Positions 14,623 to 24,577 of a stretch of 64,000 bases of DNA are shown here, piece after piece. Location: positions 1-64,000 of the IMG/VR virus record IMGVR_UViG_3300032236_000747, one strand, 5' to 3'. The translations under genes and the position numbers were made by a program. Every line of letters starts with the position of its first letter. Within the stretch, counting starts at the first letter, position 1. The notes under the pieces are model-generated. The model was not told the origin of the DNA and made no database searches. It saw nothing but the letters and a program-made list of their open reading frames with translations.

Positions 14623-14896
14623 TGTAATAAGGGCGTGGACTATGCCTGAAGGAAATATACTAGCAGTATTAAATGGACCCGGTACTGCTCACTTAAAAAG
14701 TAAATGGGTTATTCAAATCAAACCAAACGACGAAGCTAATAACTATCTAGGTGCTGATACCCAAGTTATTTGGGCCACTGAGGAACTTGAAAAGTGGGAA
14801 GGCGTTAAGCGCAGGAGTTGGAACATGTGGAGTTTTCCAACTAAACACGATGCTGAGAAGTTCCAAACACTGTACTGTCTAAAATGGCTAACGTAA
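14600..14896 (+). CDS. Hypothetical protein
   Basis: Operon context. Confidence 0.6.
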   Translation: MRARTLDDVIRAWTMPEGNILAVLNGPGTAHLKSKWVIQIKPNDEANNYLGADTQVIWATEELEKWEGVKRRSWNMWSFPTKHDAEKFQTLYCLKWLT

Positions 14897-15192
14897 GATA
14901 CCGAACAGTTGATGTAGGACCAGACATGGTTAATGTTGAGGAAATACATAAGGTAGTTGTACATCGATTTAGAATAGGTGATGTAGATGATCCAGAAATC
15001 TATGCCGCACAGCCTATTTGGGAATGGCAACAAAGCGATGCAGGCAAGTTTGTTATGGAACATGCTATCGAAGCGCCAGTCTGGCTCAAAGATATAGATC
15101 ACCAAACATACGGCTATCGTTATGCTATAGTAGCAGAACTAGAAAAAAAGAAACTAGCAGAGTTTTATTTAAGATTTGACAAAGTCATATAA
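14884..15192 (+). CDS. Hypothetical phage protein
   Basis: Operon context. Confidence 0.7.
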   Translation: MANVRYRTVDVGPDMVNVEEIHKVVVHRFRIGDVDDPEIYAAQPIWEWQQSDAGKFVMEHAIEAPVWLKDIDHQTYGYRYAIVAELEKKKLAEFYLRFDKVI

Positions 15193-15222
15193 AGAATGTA
15201 TAATAATATTAACGAGGAAGAT

Positions 15223-15591
15223 ATGAATCCATTTCGCGATCAAGAAAAGTTTATGAAGGCTTGCGACCAAACAGTTGATGGCCCGCCTGGATCACAGTTT
15301 GATATGTACTGTGCTCTTATTGAAGAAGAACATAAAGAACTAAAACAAGCACTAGCAGATAATGATAATCTCGAAGTGTTAGACGCACTTATTGATATCC
15401 TAGTTGTTACTATTGGTGCTATTCATAGCGCAGGATTCGATGCTGAAGGTGCTTGGAAAGAAGTTATGAAAACTAACTTCGCAAAGATTGATAAGGAAAC
15501 CGGAAAAGTGCGCAAGCGTGAAGACGGTAAAGTTTTAAAACCACTAGGCTGGGTACCCCCTAATCTAGAACCATTCTTAGAGAAAAAATGA
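15223..15591 (+). CDS. MazG-like all-alpha NTP pyrophosphohydrolase
   Basis: EEEHKEL, DALIDILVV, NFAK, REDGKVLKP motifs. Confidence 0.85.
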   Translation: MNPFRDQEKFMKACDQTVDGPPGSQFDMYCALIEEEHKELKQALADNDNLEVLDALIDILVVTIGAIHSAGFDAEGAWKEVMKTNFAKIDKETGKVRKREDGKVLKPLGWVPPNLEPFLEKK

Positions 15592-16418
15592 GATCGCATT
15601 ATTGGACATGTAGTAAGTTTGCAGATTGGCTTCGCGGCACACCTAAAGGTGGTCCAAAGACCAGTGAAGGATGGAATGAATGGCATGTACTTGCTGGGCA
15701 AAGCCGTCTACGTTACTGGTTAGCAGAAGAAGGATTAGATTATGTTCAACGGTTTGTCTTTTATATCCCAGATAAGATCCACGACATTAAGTATTACATT
15801 AATAACCGTTGGATTACTCGCAGTCACTCTCTTACTGCCCATACTCGCGATATTGCGCCTGGATCTTGGCAAGATGTGGGAAATCGTTTTCTGCCTTGCC
15901 TATTTAATGAGTTACAGGATTTTGTGGAAGTGGAACTCGCCTGGCACCACATCGCTTGGCACGACGAAGCTCGAGAAAAATATTCAACTCCATTCTGGGC
16001 TCACGGATGGTGGCGTGTCAGAGCATGGCGCTGTCCACAAGCCGGTCTTGACAGTCTTGAATGGCAACGTAACCTCCGATGGAAAGAAGACGAAGTTGGG
16101 ACCGACTCAGACAGCTTGGGCAAACTTACACCCCAAGCAGTCAAGGCCCAAGAGATTCTTGATCTTTACACATGGTGGACGCAGACATATCGTAATCGAC
16201 TAGAGCCAATGAAAGCAAGTGGTTGGAGTGCCTACTGCGAAGCCGCACGTCTAGCCAATGGTGGTAGACTAAGTTTCAGCAGTGATAAAACTCCCGAGCT
16301 TGCCAAGATGAGTAAGATTGCCTTGAAGAAGCTGCACAAGATAGAGGCTGATTATGAAAAGGAAGATGAAGCTATGCTGATTCGTCTTATCAAAGTGCGT
16401 CATGCCCTATGGACCTAA
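15588..16418 (+). CDS. Hypothetical phage protein (Trp-rich)
   Basis: 276-aa ORF with ATGA coupling. Confidence 0.75.
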   Translation: MRSHYWTCSKFADWLRGTPKGGPKTSEGWNEWHVLAGQSRLRYWLAEEGLDYVQRFVFYIPDKIHDIKYYINNRWITRSHSLTAHTRDIAPGSWQDVGNRFLPCLFNELQDFVEVELAWHHIAWHDEAREKYSTPFWAHGWWRVRAWRCPQAGLDSLEWQRNLRWKEDEVGTDSDSLGKLTPQAVKAQEILDLYTWWTQTYRNRLEPMKASGWSAYCEAARLANGGRLSFSSDKTPELAKMSKIALKKLHKIEADYEKEDEAMLIRLIKVRHALWT

Positions 16419-16624
16419 ATGTAGTAAAGGTTAAATGGAATCACGAGCAAGATCCATATGTCTCTAATGCTTGGTGGAACGAAACCTGCGCTCTGATCAT
16501 GGAGCGATTCGGTCTACCGGGTGATAGATACAATACCTGTGTAACTGAAAATTACATGGATTTTATTTTTAATGATCAAAAAGATGCTACAATGTGTAGA
16601 TTATTTTTAAGTGAGAGGCTATGA
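16409..16624 (+). CDS. Hypothetical protein
   Basis: Operon context. Confidence 0.65.
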   Translation: MDLNVVKVKWNHEQDPYVSNAWWNETCALIMERFGLPGDRYNTCVTENYMDFIFNDQKDATMCRLFLSERL

Positions 16625-16827
16625 CACAAGACGAACTAAGAGAACATATTAATACTGAGATACTAAAATTTGTAGGGCGCGAAGACGTAGACCAGGTCAA
16701 GGAAGAAATGCGTGTTGTCTTAACTAAGATAATCACAGAAAACATTGACCAAATTGATTTTATTCAGCAAGTAATCGAAGAAGGCAGTAAAAATGATATC
16801 ACTAAAACAATGGATGGAAATAGTTAA
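16621..16827 (+). CDS. Hypothetical protein
   Basis: GAGAGG RBS. Confidence 0.65.
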   Translation: MTQDELREHINTEILKFVGREDVDQVKEEMRVVLTKIITENIDQIDFIQQVIEEGSKNDITKTMDGNS

Positions 16828-17350
16828 CTACCGCATTACAGAAGGTAGTGACTATGCTTGGGAATGTTACGGCACCCATGCCTACAGTTTAGATAGCTGG
16901 AACGGAGATCATTATGGTCATAGTTTCTGCATCACGTTTGATCAGAAGACGCAAGAAGTCTACGAAGTTCAAGCACACGACTATAAAAATCAACGTGCAT
17001 ATCGTATGATTAATCCAGCTTATGCTAAAAAGCATAAGAAGGAATGTAAGCGCAAGGACGTCAAAATGAATGAAGCGTGGGAAGATGTTAACTACGTTGA
17101 TTTAGATGTAGATGATGATTGGGAAGAAAAAGCCAAAGCGATATATAACGGTACTGACTATGATACTCGTGTAAAAGTTCCGATTGACATTCCAGACGAA
17201 GAACTGTTACAATATATGAAAATGGCGCACGAGCGTGATATGACCTTCAATGCGTTTGTTGAAGAAGCACTACGCTATGCTATCGACGAACATAAAGCTG
17301 GGCATCTTACAAAAGAAGATGCTCAAAAATGGTTAGACTCAAAGGATTAA
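16793..17350 (+). CDS. Hypothetical phage protein
   Basis: 185-aa ORF. Confidence 0.75.
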   Translation: MISLKQWMEIVNYRITEGSDYAWECYGTHAYSLDSWNGDHYGHSFCITFDQKTQEVYEVQAHDYKNQRAYRMINPAYAKKHKKECKRKDVKMNEAWEDVNYVDLDVDDDWEEKAKAIYNGTDYDTRVKVPIDIPDEELLQYMKMAHERDMTFNAFVEEALRYAIDEHKAGHLTKEDAQKWLDSKD

Positions 17351-17351
17351 A

Positions 17352-18416
17352 ATGAATAACCGCCCAGTTAGGGATAATATGACTGTTGAAGATTATTTGG
17401 ACGTACATCGTCATATCGAGAACGCTGTCTCTCGTTCTGACAGTCCTGTTTTAACCACAGGTGATGTGTCTGATCATATCACTAGCAAGTTAATGCTAGA
17501 TCGTTGGGATAGGGGTGTTAACACACATGCCGACGGTGTTAAACTTTTATGTACTCGACGTGATTGGTCACGTTGGGCAAGAGTAAAGTTTAAAGAATGG
17601 CACTTTCATGAGATAAACGAAGAATCTGGTATTATTCAAAATCCTATTACAGGATGTATGATTCATTATTATTCTCGTAGAGATAACATGAACGTCAATG
17701 TGTTTGGCGAACTTGAAGAAGTACACAAGACTATGTCCAGTCTATTGTCAGAGTTTACAGAGCTTGACTGTTATATTGACTGGGTTTATAGTGCAGACGG
17801 ACACCAAATCCGTGTTCCTGTTAACAGCGACCGTATGCCTGTTCAAGAAATGTATCCTTTCTTAGAAGACGAGCAGTTGACTGATTACTACGATCGCTTC
17901 ATGGAAAGTAACAGCAATATCTTGTTGTTGATTGGACCACCCGGTACTGGTAAGACCAGCTTTATTCGAGGCCTGCTACATCACTGTAAGACCAGTGCTA
18001 TGGTTACCTACGATAGTGGCATCCTTGAAAAAGATATGATTTTTGCTACCTTTTTAGAAAGCGACAGCAAAATGATGGTACTAGAAGATAGTGATAACTT
18101 CTTGATGAGCCGTAATGACGGTAACACTATGATGCACAAGTTCTTGAACGTAGGTGACGGACTTGTTAGTTTGAAGGATAAGAAATTAATCTTCACAACA
18201 AACTTGCCAAATGTCAAAGATGTTGATCAAGCATTGATCCGACCCGGTCGTTGTTTTGATGTTCTTGAGTTTGGTAGTCTTACCTTGGAACAATCTGTTA
18301 AAGCAGCAGCCGCATTAGGACTAGAAGAACCGTCTGGCAAAGATGCGTTTACTGTTGCTGAACTGTTTCATTCACAGACCTACAAACCTAAAGTTAAAAA
18401 GATGGGGTTTGTATGA
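17352..18416 (+). CDS. AAA+ ATPase
   Basis: GPPGTGKT, VLEDSD, TTN, RPGR. Confidence 0.9.
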   Translation: MNNRPVRDNMTVEDYLDVHRHIENAVSRSDSPVLTTGDVSDHITSKLMLDRWDRGVNTHADGVKLLCTRRDWSRWARVKFKEWHFHEINEESGIIQNPITGCMIHYYSRRDNMNVNVFGELEEVHKTMSSLLSEFTELDCYIDWVYSADGHQIRVPVNSDRMPVQEMYPFLEDEQLTDYYDRFMESNSNILLLIGPPGTGKTSFIRGLLHHCKTSAMVTYDSGILEKDMIFATFLESDSKMMVLEDSDNFLMSRNDGNTMMHKFLNVGDGLVSLKDKKLIFTTNLPNVKDVDQALIRPGRCFDVLEFGSLTLEQSVKAAAALGLEEPSGKDAFTVAELFHSQTYKPKVKKMGFV

Positions 18417-18736
18417 TAGCGCAACAACCAGCTGAGGGTGTGTTCATCCGCAAGGAATACAACGATGCCACATACTTTGGTGTTGTCTGTGACTGCGGTT
18501 CAGCTGAACACGATCATAACCTATGGGTAGAAGCAGACGATCATGGCGTAACAGTGACCATTAACACCCAAGCAACTAGCAAATGGTGGGAGTTTAACCG
18601 TTGGAAACAGATTTGGAAATTGTTAACCAAGGGTTATATCGAATACGAATCCAATCTGATATTGACAGAACAACAGGCTCTTAACTATTCAGATATGTTA
18701 AACAAGGCAGCTACTCGTGTCAGAAAACCCAGATAA
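18413..18736 (+). CDS. Hypothetical protein
   Basis: CDC..H motif, coupling. Confidence 0.7.
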   Translation: MIAQQPAEGVFIRKEYNDATYFGVVCDCGSAEHDHNLWVEADDHGVTVTINTQATSKWWEFNRWKQIWKLLTKGYIEYESNLILTEQQALNYSDMLNKAATRVRKPR

Positions 18737-19265
18737 ACCTGTAGCCAGTAGTCCAGACCGACATTCTTTTCAAGGTAAGAATGAAGACGGCGACTGGAAA
18801 GATATGTGGGAAGCTATTCGTAAATCCGAGGAAGACAAGCTCAAAGATCCAGAATGGCAGAAAGATAACATGGAGTACGATCTACGTACGACAGAGTGGA
18901 TCTTAGAAAAAGTACGTGGGGATGATGTATATGCCCAAAACTTATATGCTGCCATGTGTAACAATGATTTTATGAAGTTAGCTGTTATGCCGATTCTAAA
19001 AAATCAAACATGGAGTTGTTCTTGGAGACGTGCGGGCGGCATTATTGCTGACATGCGTGAACAGGGCGACTACATTGATTGGTACTGTAGCGGTATACGC
19101 AACGAACCTACACCAGAAGAACTTGCAGAGTGCACTGAAGAACAGTTAGCTCATTATAAAACTACACAAGCATATGTCGGGGAAAGTGTAGTAACCGAAG
19201 AGATACGTAAAGATTTACAAACATTAGGCTGGGCCGTAATAGAGGAAGAAAAAAATGAATATTGA
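18717..19265 (+). CDS. Hypothetical phage protein
   Basis: YAQNLYAAMCNN, DYIDWYCSG. Confidence 0.75.
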   Translation: MSENPDKPVASSPDRHSFQGKNEDGDWKDMWEAIRKSEEDKLKDPEWQKDNMEYDLRTTEWILEKVRGDDVYAQNLYAAMCNNDFMKLAVMPILKNQTWSCSWRRAGGIIADMREQGDYIDWYCSGIRNEPTPEELAECTEEQLAHYKTTQAYVGESVVTEEIRKDLQTLGWAVIEEEKNEY

Positions 19266-19455
19266 ACCATCGGTAAACTTTTTAGTAGGTGCCATTTTGG
19301 TATCCGTTAGTGTATTTTTAGTAGCAATGTTTATGTTGCTATTAAACAACATCTTTTCAAAGTATTGGAAACCGGTTCGTTTGGTTATGTATAGCCAAGC
19401 CGATTACCCATATCGTCAAGAACCAGTATCTGAAGAAAAGCCAAAAGCTGAATGA
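19255..19455 (+). CDS. Small membrane protein
   Basis: Single TM, GAGGA RBS. Confidence 0.65.
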   Translation: MNIEPSVNFLVGAILVSVSVFLVAMFMLLLNNIFSKYWKPVRLVMYSQADYPYRQEPVSEEKPKAE

Positions 19456-19472
19456 TCTTAGCTTTAGAGTCT

Positions 19473-19500
19473 AACCGGGTATTGACATATCCGGTTTTTT
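19473..19500 (+). terminator. Intrinsic terminator overlapping next -35
   Basis: AACCGGGTAT-TGAC-ATATCCGGTT-TTTT. Confidence 0.7.
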
Positions 19501-19510
19501 CGCGTATAAT
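19482..19510 (+). promoter_or_regulatory. sigma70-type promoter
   Basis: TTGACA-17-TATAAT. Confidence 0.85.
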
Positions 19511-19543
19511 AATAACTATTGTACACCTTATCGGAGTAACTAC

Positions 19544-20725
19544 GTGGCAACTAAACTAAAACAAGCAAGCATTGCTATTCGACAAAATAAAGGTCGAGAC
19601 TTTAGCCCTAAGTGGGACGGAGCAGATGAGTGGAGTGCTGAGAAGTTTACTAAACACTTTCGCGATGCCATGACTTGGTATCGTTTAGAAAGTTCTGTTA
19701 AAGACTTAAAGCCAAAGCTAGTCGAATGGATGAACCTAAACGGTTACAGTAAAGCAGACTCAAATGCTATTCGTAAAACCAAAGACAAGTACTTCAACGG
19801 TACCATGGTAGGTATTGCTGCATGTCTTGTTAAAGGTATGCCAGAAATACATGAAGGCTTTAATCAAAGTCGCGATACTGCAACTTGGTTGCGCAACGAG
19901 ATTGAAAAAGTTCTCAAAGACGGCGCCAATGATCTAGAGGACGACGAAGACGCTCCTAAGGTTGAAAAGGTTGTAGTGTATACTCCTAGTATCCAAGATC
20001 GTATTCGTGAACAAGCAAGTCAAATGAGCGAAGAGATCGATGCCGCTATTGATAACTGGATCACCGATGCAGAGGCGTTTGATCCAAAAGCATTTAAAAT
20101 GATTAGTTTGTTACGTGGTAAAGGTGCCAAAGCACCACAAGCACGTTACATAAAATCATTCTTTCAAAAGAGCTACAACGAACTAGTAGAGTTGTCTAGT
20201 GGCAATGCCGACGAACAACTACGTGAAGCATACAAACACTGCAGCCGTAAGAACATTAAAAAGCTCGTTGAGTTTTACGAAAGTATTTTTACAGCCTGTG
20301 ATCAGATTGCGGCTGAACAAAAAGTTCTTAAGAAGCCCCGTGCTAAGAAAGTTAAGCCAGCAGAAGAGCTAGTGAAGAAGATTAAGTTTAAAGTCACAGA
20401 TGATAAGCTAGGTCTTACCAGTGTGCCGGCTGCAGGACTTATCGGAGCCCAACTAGCAGTAGTGTATAATACCAAGACACGTAAGATTGGTCTATACATT
20501 GCTAGTAGCTCAGCAGGTCTTAATGTCAAAGGTGCTAGTATCACGGATTTCTCTGTTAAGAGCTTTCAAAAGACTCTGCGTAAACCAGATGTTCAGATCA
20601 AAGAGTTTAAAGAACAAAATACACAGAAGCGTGTTGAAACTTGGTTTGACAAAATCAAAGCAACTGATACAACATTAAATGGTCGTGTCAACGCAGAAGT
20701 TATGATCCTGAAAGTATATAAGTGA
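19544..20725 (+). CDS. Hypothetical phage protein (Lys-rich, 393 aa)
   Basis: GGAG RBS, GTG start, strong promoter. Confidence 0.8.
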   Translation: MATKLKQASIAIRQNKGRDFSPKWDGADEWSAEKFTKHFRDAMTWYRLESSVKDLKPKLVEWMNLNGYSKADSNAIRKTKDKYFNGTMVGIAACLVKGMPEIHEGFNQSRDTATWLRNEIEKVLKDGANDLEDDEDAPKVEKVVVYTPSIQDRIREQASQMSEEIDAAIDNWITDAEAFDPKAFKMISLLRGKGAKAPQARYIKSFFQKSYNELVELSSGNADEQLREAYKHCSRKNIKKLVEFYESIFTACDQIAAEQKVLKKPRAKKVKPAEELVKKIKFKVTDDKLGLTSVPAAGLIGAQLAVVYNTKTRKIGLYIASSSAGLNVKGASITDFSVKSFQKTLRKPDVQIKEFKEQNTQKRVETWFDKIKATDTTLNGRVNAEVMILKVYK

Positions 20726-20891
20726 ACTATTGGGAAAGGCAGGAGTTAGAGTTATTGCGTAAGGAAAACGCTTACCTTGATAAACTTTCTCCTTTTCAAA
20801 AGTTAATAGATAGTCATGTAGGATTTATCTTAACGCTGGTATTGGGTTGTCAGTTTTTCTTTGTTATCGGTGTTTTGATTGGATTTTTATT

Positions 20892-21287
20892 ATGAAGTTA
20901 ACAGACTACAGTCGCCATAAGTTGTTACACACATTTGCCCATTGGAAGGTTGACAAGGATTATTCCGATCCTATGTTTAACTATCTAGTATATGGTTATA
21001 GTCCAGGTAGCTTCTTTACGGCTGTTTTAGCCAATGACTTTTTAAGTGCCGTAGCATGCAGTCATTCCGCTAACACTATTCCAGCATTAAAAAATCTATC
21101 CGGCTGGATTCGTGATAATATGCCTAGTCTAGCATATGGTAGTTACGAAGCAGTTCACAAATGGTGTAAACTTTCGGAAGATCAACGTAGGCTTGTATTA
21201 GAGGAATGTCGTTTGATCTACACAAGCAAAGAAGAAACTTGGAAGATTTTAAAAGGTGAGGCTACACAGGAACCGGTGATTTGGTAA
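20892..21287 (+). CDS. Hypothetical phage protein
   Basis: PGSFFTAVLAND motif. Confidence 0.7.
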   Translation: MKLTDYSRHKLLHTFAHWKVDKDYSDPMFNYLVYGYSPGSFFTAVLANDFLSAVACSHSANTIPALKNLSGWIRDNMPSLAYGSYEAVHKWCKLSEDQRRLVLEECRLIYTSKEETWKILKGEATQEPVIW

Positions 21288-21291
21288 TCCT

Positions 21292-21498
21292 ATGAACGAA
21301 AACACTAAACAACTTGCTGAGCAGGCTATACCTCCGTTTAGCAACAGCACTGATCCTACCTGGCAAATCACAGAAAGCGAACTTCAAGAGTTTGCCGATC
21401 TCATTGTTTCGAAATGCTATGATATTGTAACTAGTAACCCAAATCTAGGAACTAGTCTAGCAGGTCGAAATATGAAAGATTACTTTGGAGTCAAGTAA
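21292..21498 (+). CDS. Hypothetical protein
   Basis: Operon context. Confidence 0.65.
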   Translation: MNENTKQLAEQAIPPFSNSTDPTWQITESELQEFADLIVSKCYDIVTSNPNLGTSLAGRNMKDYFGVK

Positions 21499-21787
21499 TG
21501 GGTGCATATGATTTTACAATGAATGCGATTCAGTCAGGCCAAATTCGGGATTTAGAAAAACGTATCAAAAAGTTGGAAGAACAGAATCAGATACTCTACG
21601 AATGGGTGCAATATTTTAGACAGAAAGAAAAGGAAAAAGAAAATGTACGTAAGCCCTGATATACATATTGTGATTTCAACAACTGAAGAAGTTGTTAGAA
21701 TGTGTTGTTTAACTATTGGATTTGTTGTTGCCGTTTGGGGCACAGTAAAAGTATTTGATATTTTAGTAAACAACAGTATTAATAAAA

Positions 21788-22222
21788 ATGAAAATAGATA
21801 ATCTAACTAGGTATGCAGTAAACACTGAAGCCTTACAAAATCCTAAACCAGGCGACTACTGGCACGAAATGTTCTGCCCTTACTTTATTGTAGTAGCAGT
21901 CAACGGACCAAAGTTCACTGTGTTGAGTTGTCTGAGCCACAACTCTGTCAATCGCAAAGACGAACTCTGCGCCAAGGTCGACAATATGGACGGTACCTGG
22001 AGTTTTGATTACAGCAAATCTATGATTGTAGACCGCGGTTGGATCCGCAACGCAGTCCGCTACAACAGCTTCGACGGATTCGTTGCCGATGTTACCCATA
22101 GCGATCGCAATCTACGTATTGTCGAAGAGTGGATAGAGTTTCAAACTGATAAACTTCTTAAAGAACTAAAGTTACTGGGACCACACGCAACCAAGTATAT
22201 GATTAAACGAGAATGGGAGTAA
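21788..22222 (+). CDS. Hypothetical protein
   Basis: 144-aa ORF. Confidence 0.7.
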   Translation: MKIDNLTRYAVNTEALQNPKPGDYWHEMFCPYFIVVAVNGPKFTVLSCLSHNSVNRKDELCAKVDNMDGTWSFDYSKSMIVDRGWIRNAVRYNSFDGFVADVTHSDRNLRIVEEWIEFQTDKLLKELKLLGPHATKYMIKREWE

Positions 22223-22509
22223 AAGCTATGAACAAAGAACTAACCTGTAAGACCTGTAGGCATAACCGAGCTAGTTGGCTTGAGCGTACTTTCAATGTTA
22301 ATACATGGGCGTGGGAGTGTAATAAAGGCTACAAAGAACCCGAATACAATCCTGTAACAGGAAAGACAACACCCGGCCGGCATGAGAGCTGCGGCGTTGT
22401 CCGTGTAATGTCAAAAGTGTGTGGACCAGAAGCTACTGCATGGCAACCATACTATAGAAAGGATCTCTTTAAGTATATCAAGATAGCCGGTTATAAGATT
22501 GACAAATAA
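22213..22509 (+). CDS. Cys-rich hypothetical protein
   Basis: CKTC...C...C...CGP. Confidence 0.65.
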   Translation: MGVKAMNKELTCKTCRHNRASWLERTFNVNTWAWECNKGYKEPEYNPVTGKTTPGRHESCGVVRVMSKVCGPEATAWQPYYRKDLFKYIKIAGYKIDK

Positions 22510-22546
22510 ATAGAATCCATGTATAATATAACGAAAGGAAAATACA

Positions 22547-22747
22547 GTGAGTGATCCATTAGAAGAAGCAGCATTAGTATCAGAGATGATGCTACAAGAA
22601 AGTTTATCTAAACGCAAAGCAGTACCTGAAAAAACAGGATTTTGCTTAGAGTGTGAAGAGCCAACTGAAGGTGCCTTCTGCTCTAAAGAGTGTCGTGAAG
22701 ACTTCGAAGCACGTGAACGTATTAACAAAATCAAAGGCAAAAGATGA
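22547..22747 (+). CDS. TraR/DksA-like C4 zinc-finger protein
   Basis: N-terminal DPLEEA (DxxD/ExA-like) helix; CLEC...FCSKEC. Confidence 0.65.
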   Translation: MSDPLEEAALVSEMMLQESLSKRKAVPEKTGFCLECEEPTEGAFCSKECREDFEARERINKIKGKR

Positions 22748-23163
22748 AAATCGGACTCAGTTACAGCCGTTGCGTTCGTGATATTGTTGACGGCAACGTA
22801 GACATTAGCGATGTACTGGTTGTTATCGCCCGCACAGATTTTGATCCCAGAGTTGATGAACAGTGGTCAGGCATTTGGTCAGGCTATCACGATAGATACG
22901 GACTCAGCAATCCAGAATGGGCCAAGTATCCTGACGAGGACGAAGATCGTTTTCGTAGTGTCAGCATTGAACTTTGGGAAACAGGCAAGTTGCATCAGCC
23001 ACGACAGTTTGGCACCCATCCTCGACGCTTACCATATTACTGGTTGGAAGCCACGTTAACTGATAGTAGCTTAGAAGATAATCCCGCAGTTAAACGTGCC
23101 TGGGAACAGTTTCAAGTTGTTTCCGGTCTCGCCGGATCAAAGACAGTTAAAGATAATTTTTAA
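22744..23163 (+). CDS. Hypothetical phage protein
   Basis: ATGA coupling. Confidence 0.7.
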   Translation: MKIGLSYSRCVRDIVDGNVDISDVLVVIARTDFDPRVDEQWSGIWSGYHDRYGLSNPEWAKYPDEDEDRFRSVSIELWETGKLHQPRQFGTHPRRLPYYWLEATLTDSSLEDNPAVKRAWEQFQVVSGLAGSKTVKDNF

Positions 23164-23172
23164 GGAAGTAAG

Positions 23173-23763
23173 ATGACATTAGTACCAATGGTAATCGAGA
23201 AGACAGGCTCAGGCGAGCGTGCCTTTGACATTTACAGCCGCTTGCTGAACGAGCGTATTGTCCTGTTGAATGGACCAGTTCACGACGATGTTGCAGCTAG
23301 CATCGTTGCACAGTTCTTGCATTTAGAAAGCGCAGACAGCGAAAAAGATATTCACTTTTACATTAACAGCCCCGGCGGTGTTGTTACAGCAGGCATGGCA
23401 ATCTATGATGTTATGCAGTTTATCAAACCCGATGTATGCACCTATGTCATGGGACAAGCGTGCTCTATGGGGTCGTTGCTGGCTAGTTCAGGCGCCAAAG
23501 ACAAACGTTTTATGTTGCCACAAGCACGCCATATGATTCACCAACCCAGCGGTGGTGCCGGTGGACAGGCTACAGACATGGAAATCCAAGTTAAAGAAAT
23601 CTTGAAGATGAAAGATGTATTAACTAAGATCTACGTCAAGCATAACAGCAAAGGTAAGACATATGACCAGTTTATCTCTGATATGGAAAGGGATAAATTT
23701 ATGAGTGCCGAGGAAGCTCTTGAATATGGTCTTATCGATAAAATTGTTGAAAAGCGTAGTTAA
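23173..23763 (+). CDS. clpP: ATP-dependent Clp protease proteolytic subunit
   Basis: DIYSRLL, YINSPGG, ACSMGS, MIHQP, ERD motifs. Confidence 0.96.
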   Translation: MTLVPMVIEKTGSGERAFDIYSRLLNERIVLLNGPVHDDVAASIVAQFLHLESADSEKDIHFYINSPGGVVTAGMAIYDVMQFIKPDVCTYVMGQACSMGSLLASSGAKDKRFMLPQARHMIHQPSGGAGGQATDMEIQVKEILKMKDVLTKIYVKHNSKGKTYDQFISDMERDKFMSAEEALEYGLIDKIVEKRS

Positions 23764-24577
23764 ATACCTACTTATTATATCTTTAATATTATCAGCACCT
23801 GCGTTTGCTAAAAAGCATTCGCGGGCTGTTGCTAAACAAGATAAAATATTAGCCACTACCTATCTAGTACAAGACTTAGACAGCGGCGAAATACTAGCTG
23901 AACAAAACAGCAACGAAGTACGTAGTATTGCTAGCATTACCAAGATAATGACAGCAATGGTTGTATTAGATGCTCATCAAGATCTAAATGAACTAGTCGA
24001 TGTTAAACCTATCAATGGCATTAGCGGTGGTATAGGAAATAACCGTATTACCCGCAGTGACTTGTTGGTGCTTACATTAATGAGTTCAAATAATCTTGCC
24101 GCTAAAACATTGGCAATAAACTACCCAGGCGGCGAAGGTGCTGCTATTGCGGCTATGAACGCCAAAGCATCTTCTTTGAATATGCTTAGTACTCACTACG
24201 AAGACCCTACAGGTTTGTTAGATACAAACACAAGCACAGTACACGATCTTGTAAAACTGTTAAATGCTGCCGAAACATACCAATACATAAAGTACGCCAG
24301 CACAGTTACTAGCATGAGTGTAGAGTTAAAAGGAAAGAAAAAGAGCAGGTTAGTAGCATTTCACACCACGAATAATCTGCTACTAAAGATTCCAGACATT
24401 GTTATATCCAAAACTGGTTGGATACGTAAAAGCGGCGGGTGTTTAATCATGGGTATTCATGATCAAGGACGTAGGCTGGCAGTAATCCTGCTAAATAGTA
24501 AGAATACGCATACTCGACTTCGAGATGCTGAATTACTATACGGATTACAACATGGTCAAAACATTCGACGCTCCTGA
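23705..24577 (+). CDS. Peptidase S11 D-alanyl-D-alanine carboxy/endopeptidase (PBP7-like); true start probably near 23747
   Basis: Signal peptide, SITK, SNN, KTG motifs. Confidence 0.9.
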   Translation: MPRKLLNMVLSIKLLKSVVKYLLIISLILSAPAFAKKHSRAVAKQDKILATTYLVQDLDSGEILAEQNSNEVRSIASITKIMTAMVVLDAHQDLNELVDVKPINGISGGIGNNRITRSDLLVLTLMSSNNLAAKTLAINYPGGEGAAIAAMNAKASSLNMLSTHYEDPTGLLDTNTSTVHDLVKLLNAAETYQYIKYASTVTSMSVELKGKKKSRLVAFHTTNNLLLKIPDIVISKTGWIRKSGGCLIMGIHDQGRRLAVILLNSKNTHTRLRDAELLYGLQHGQNIRRS

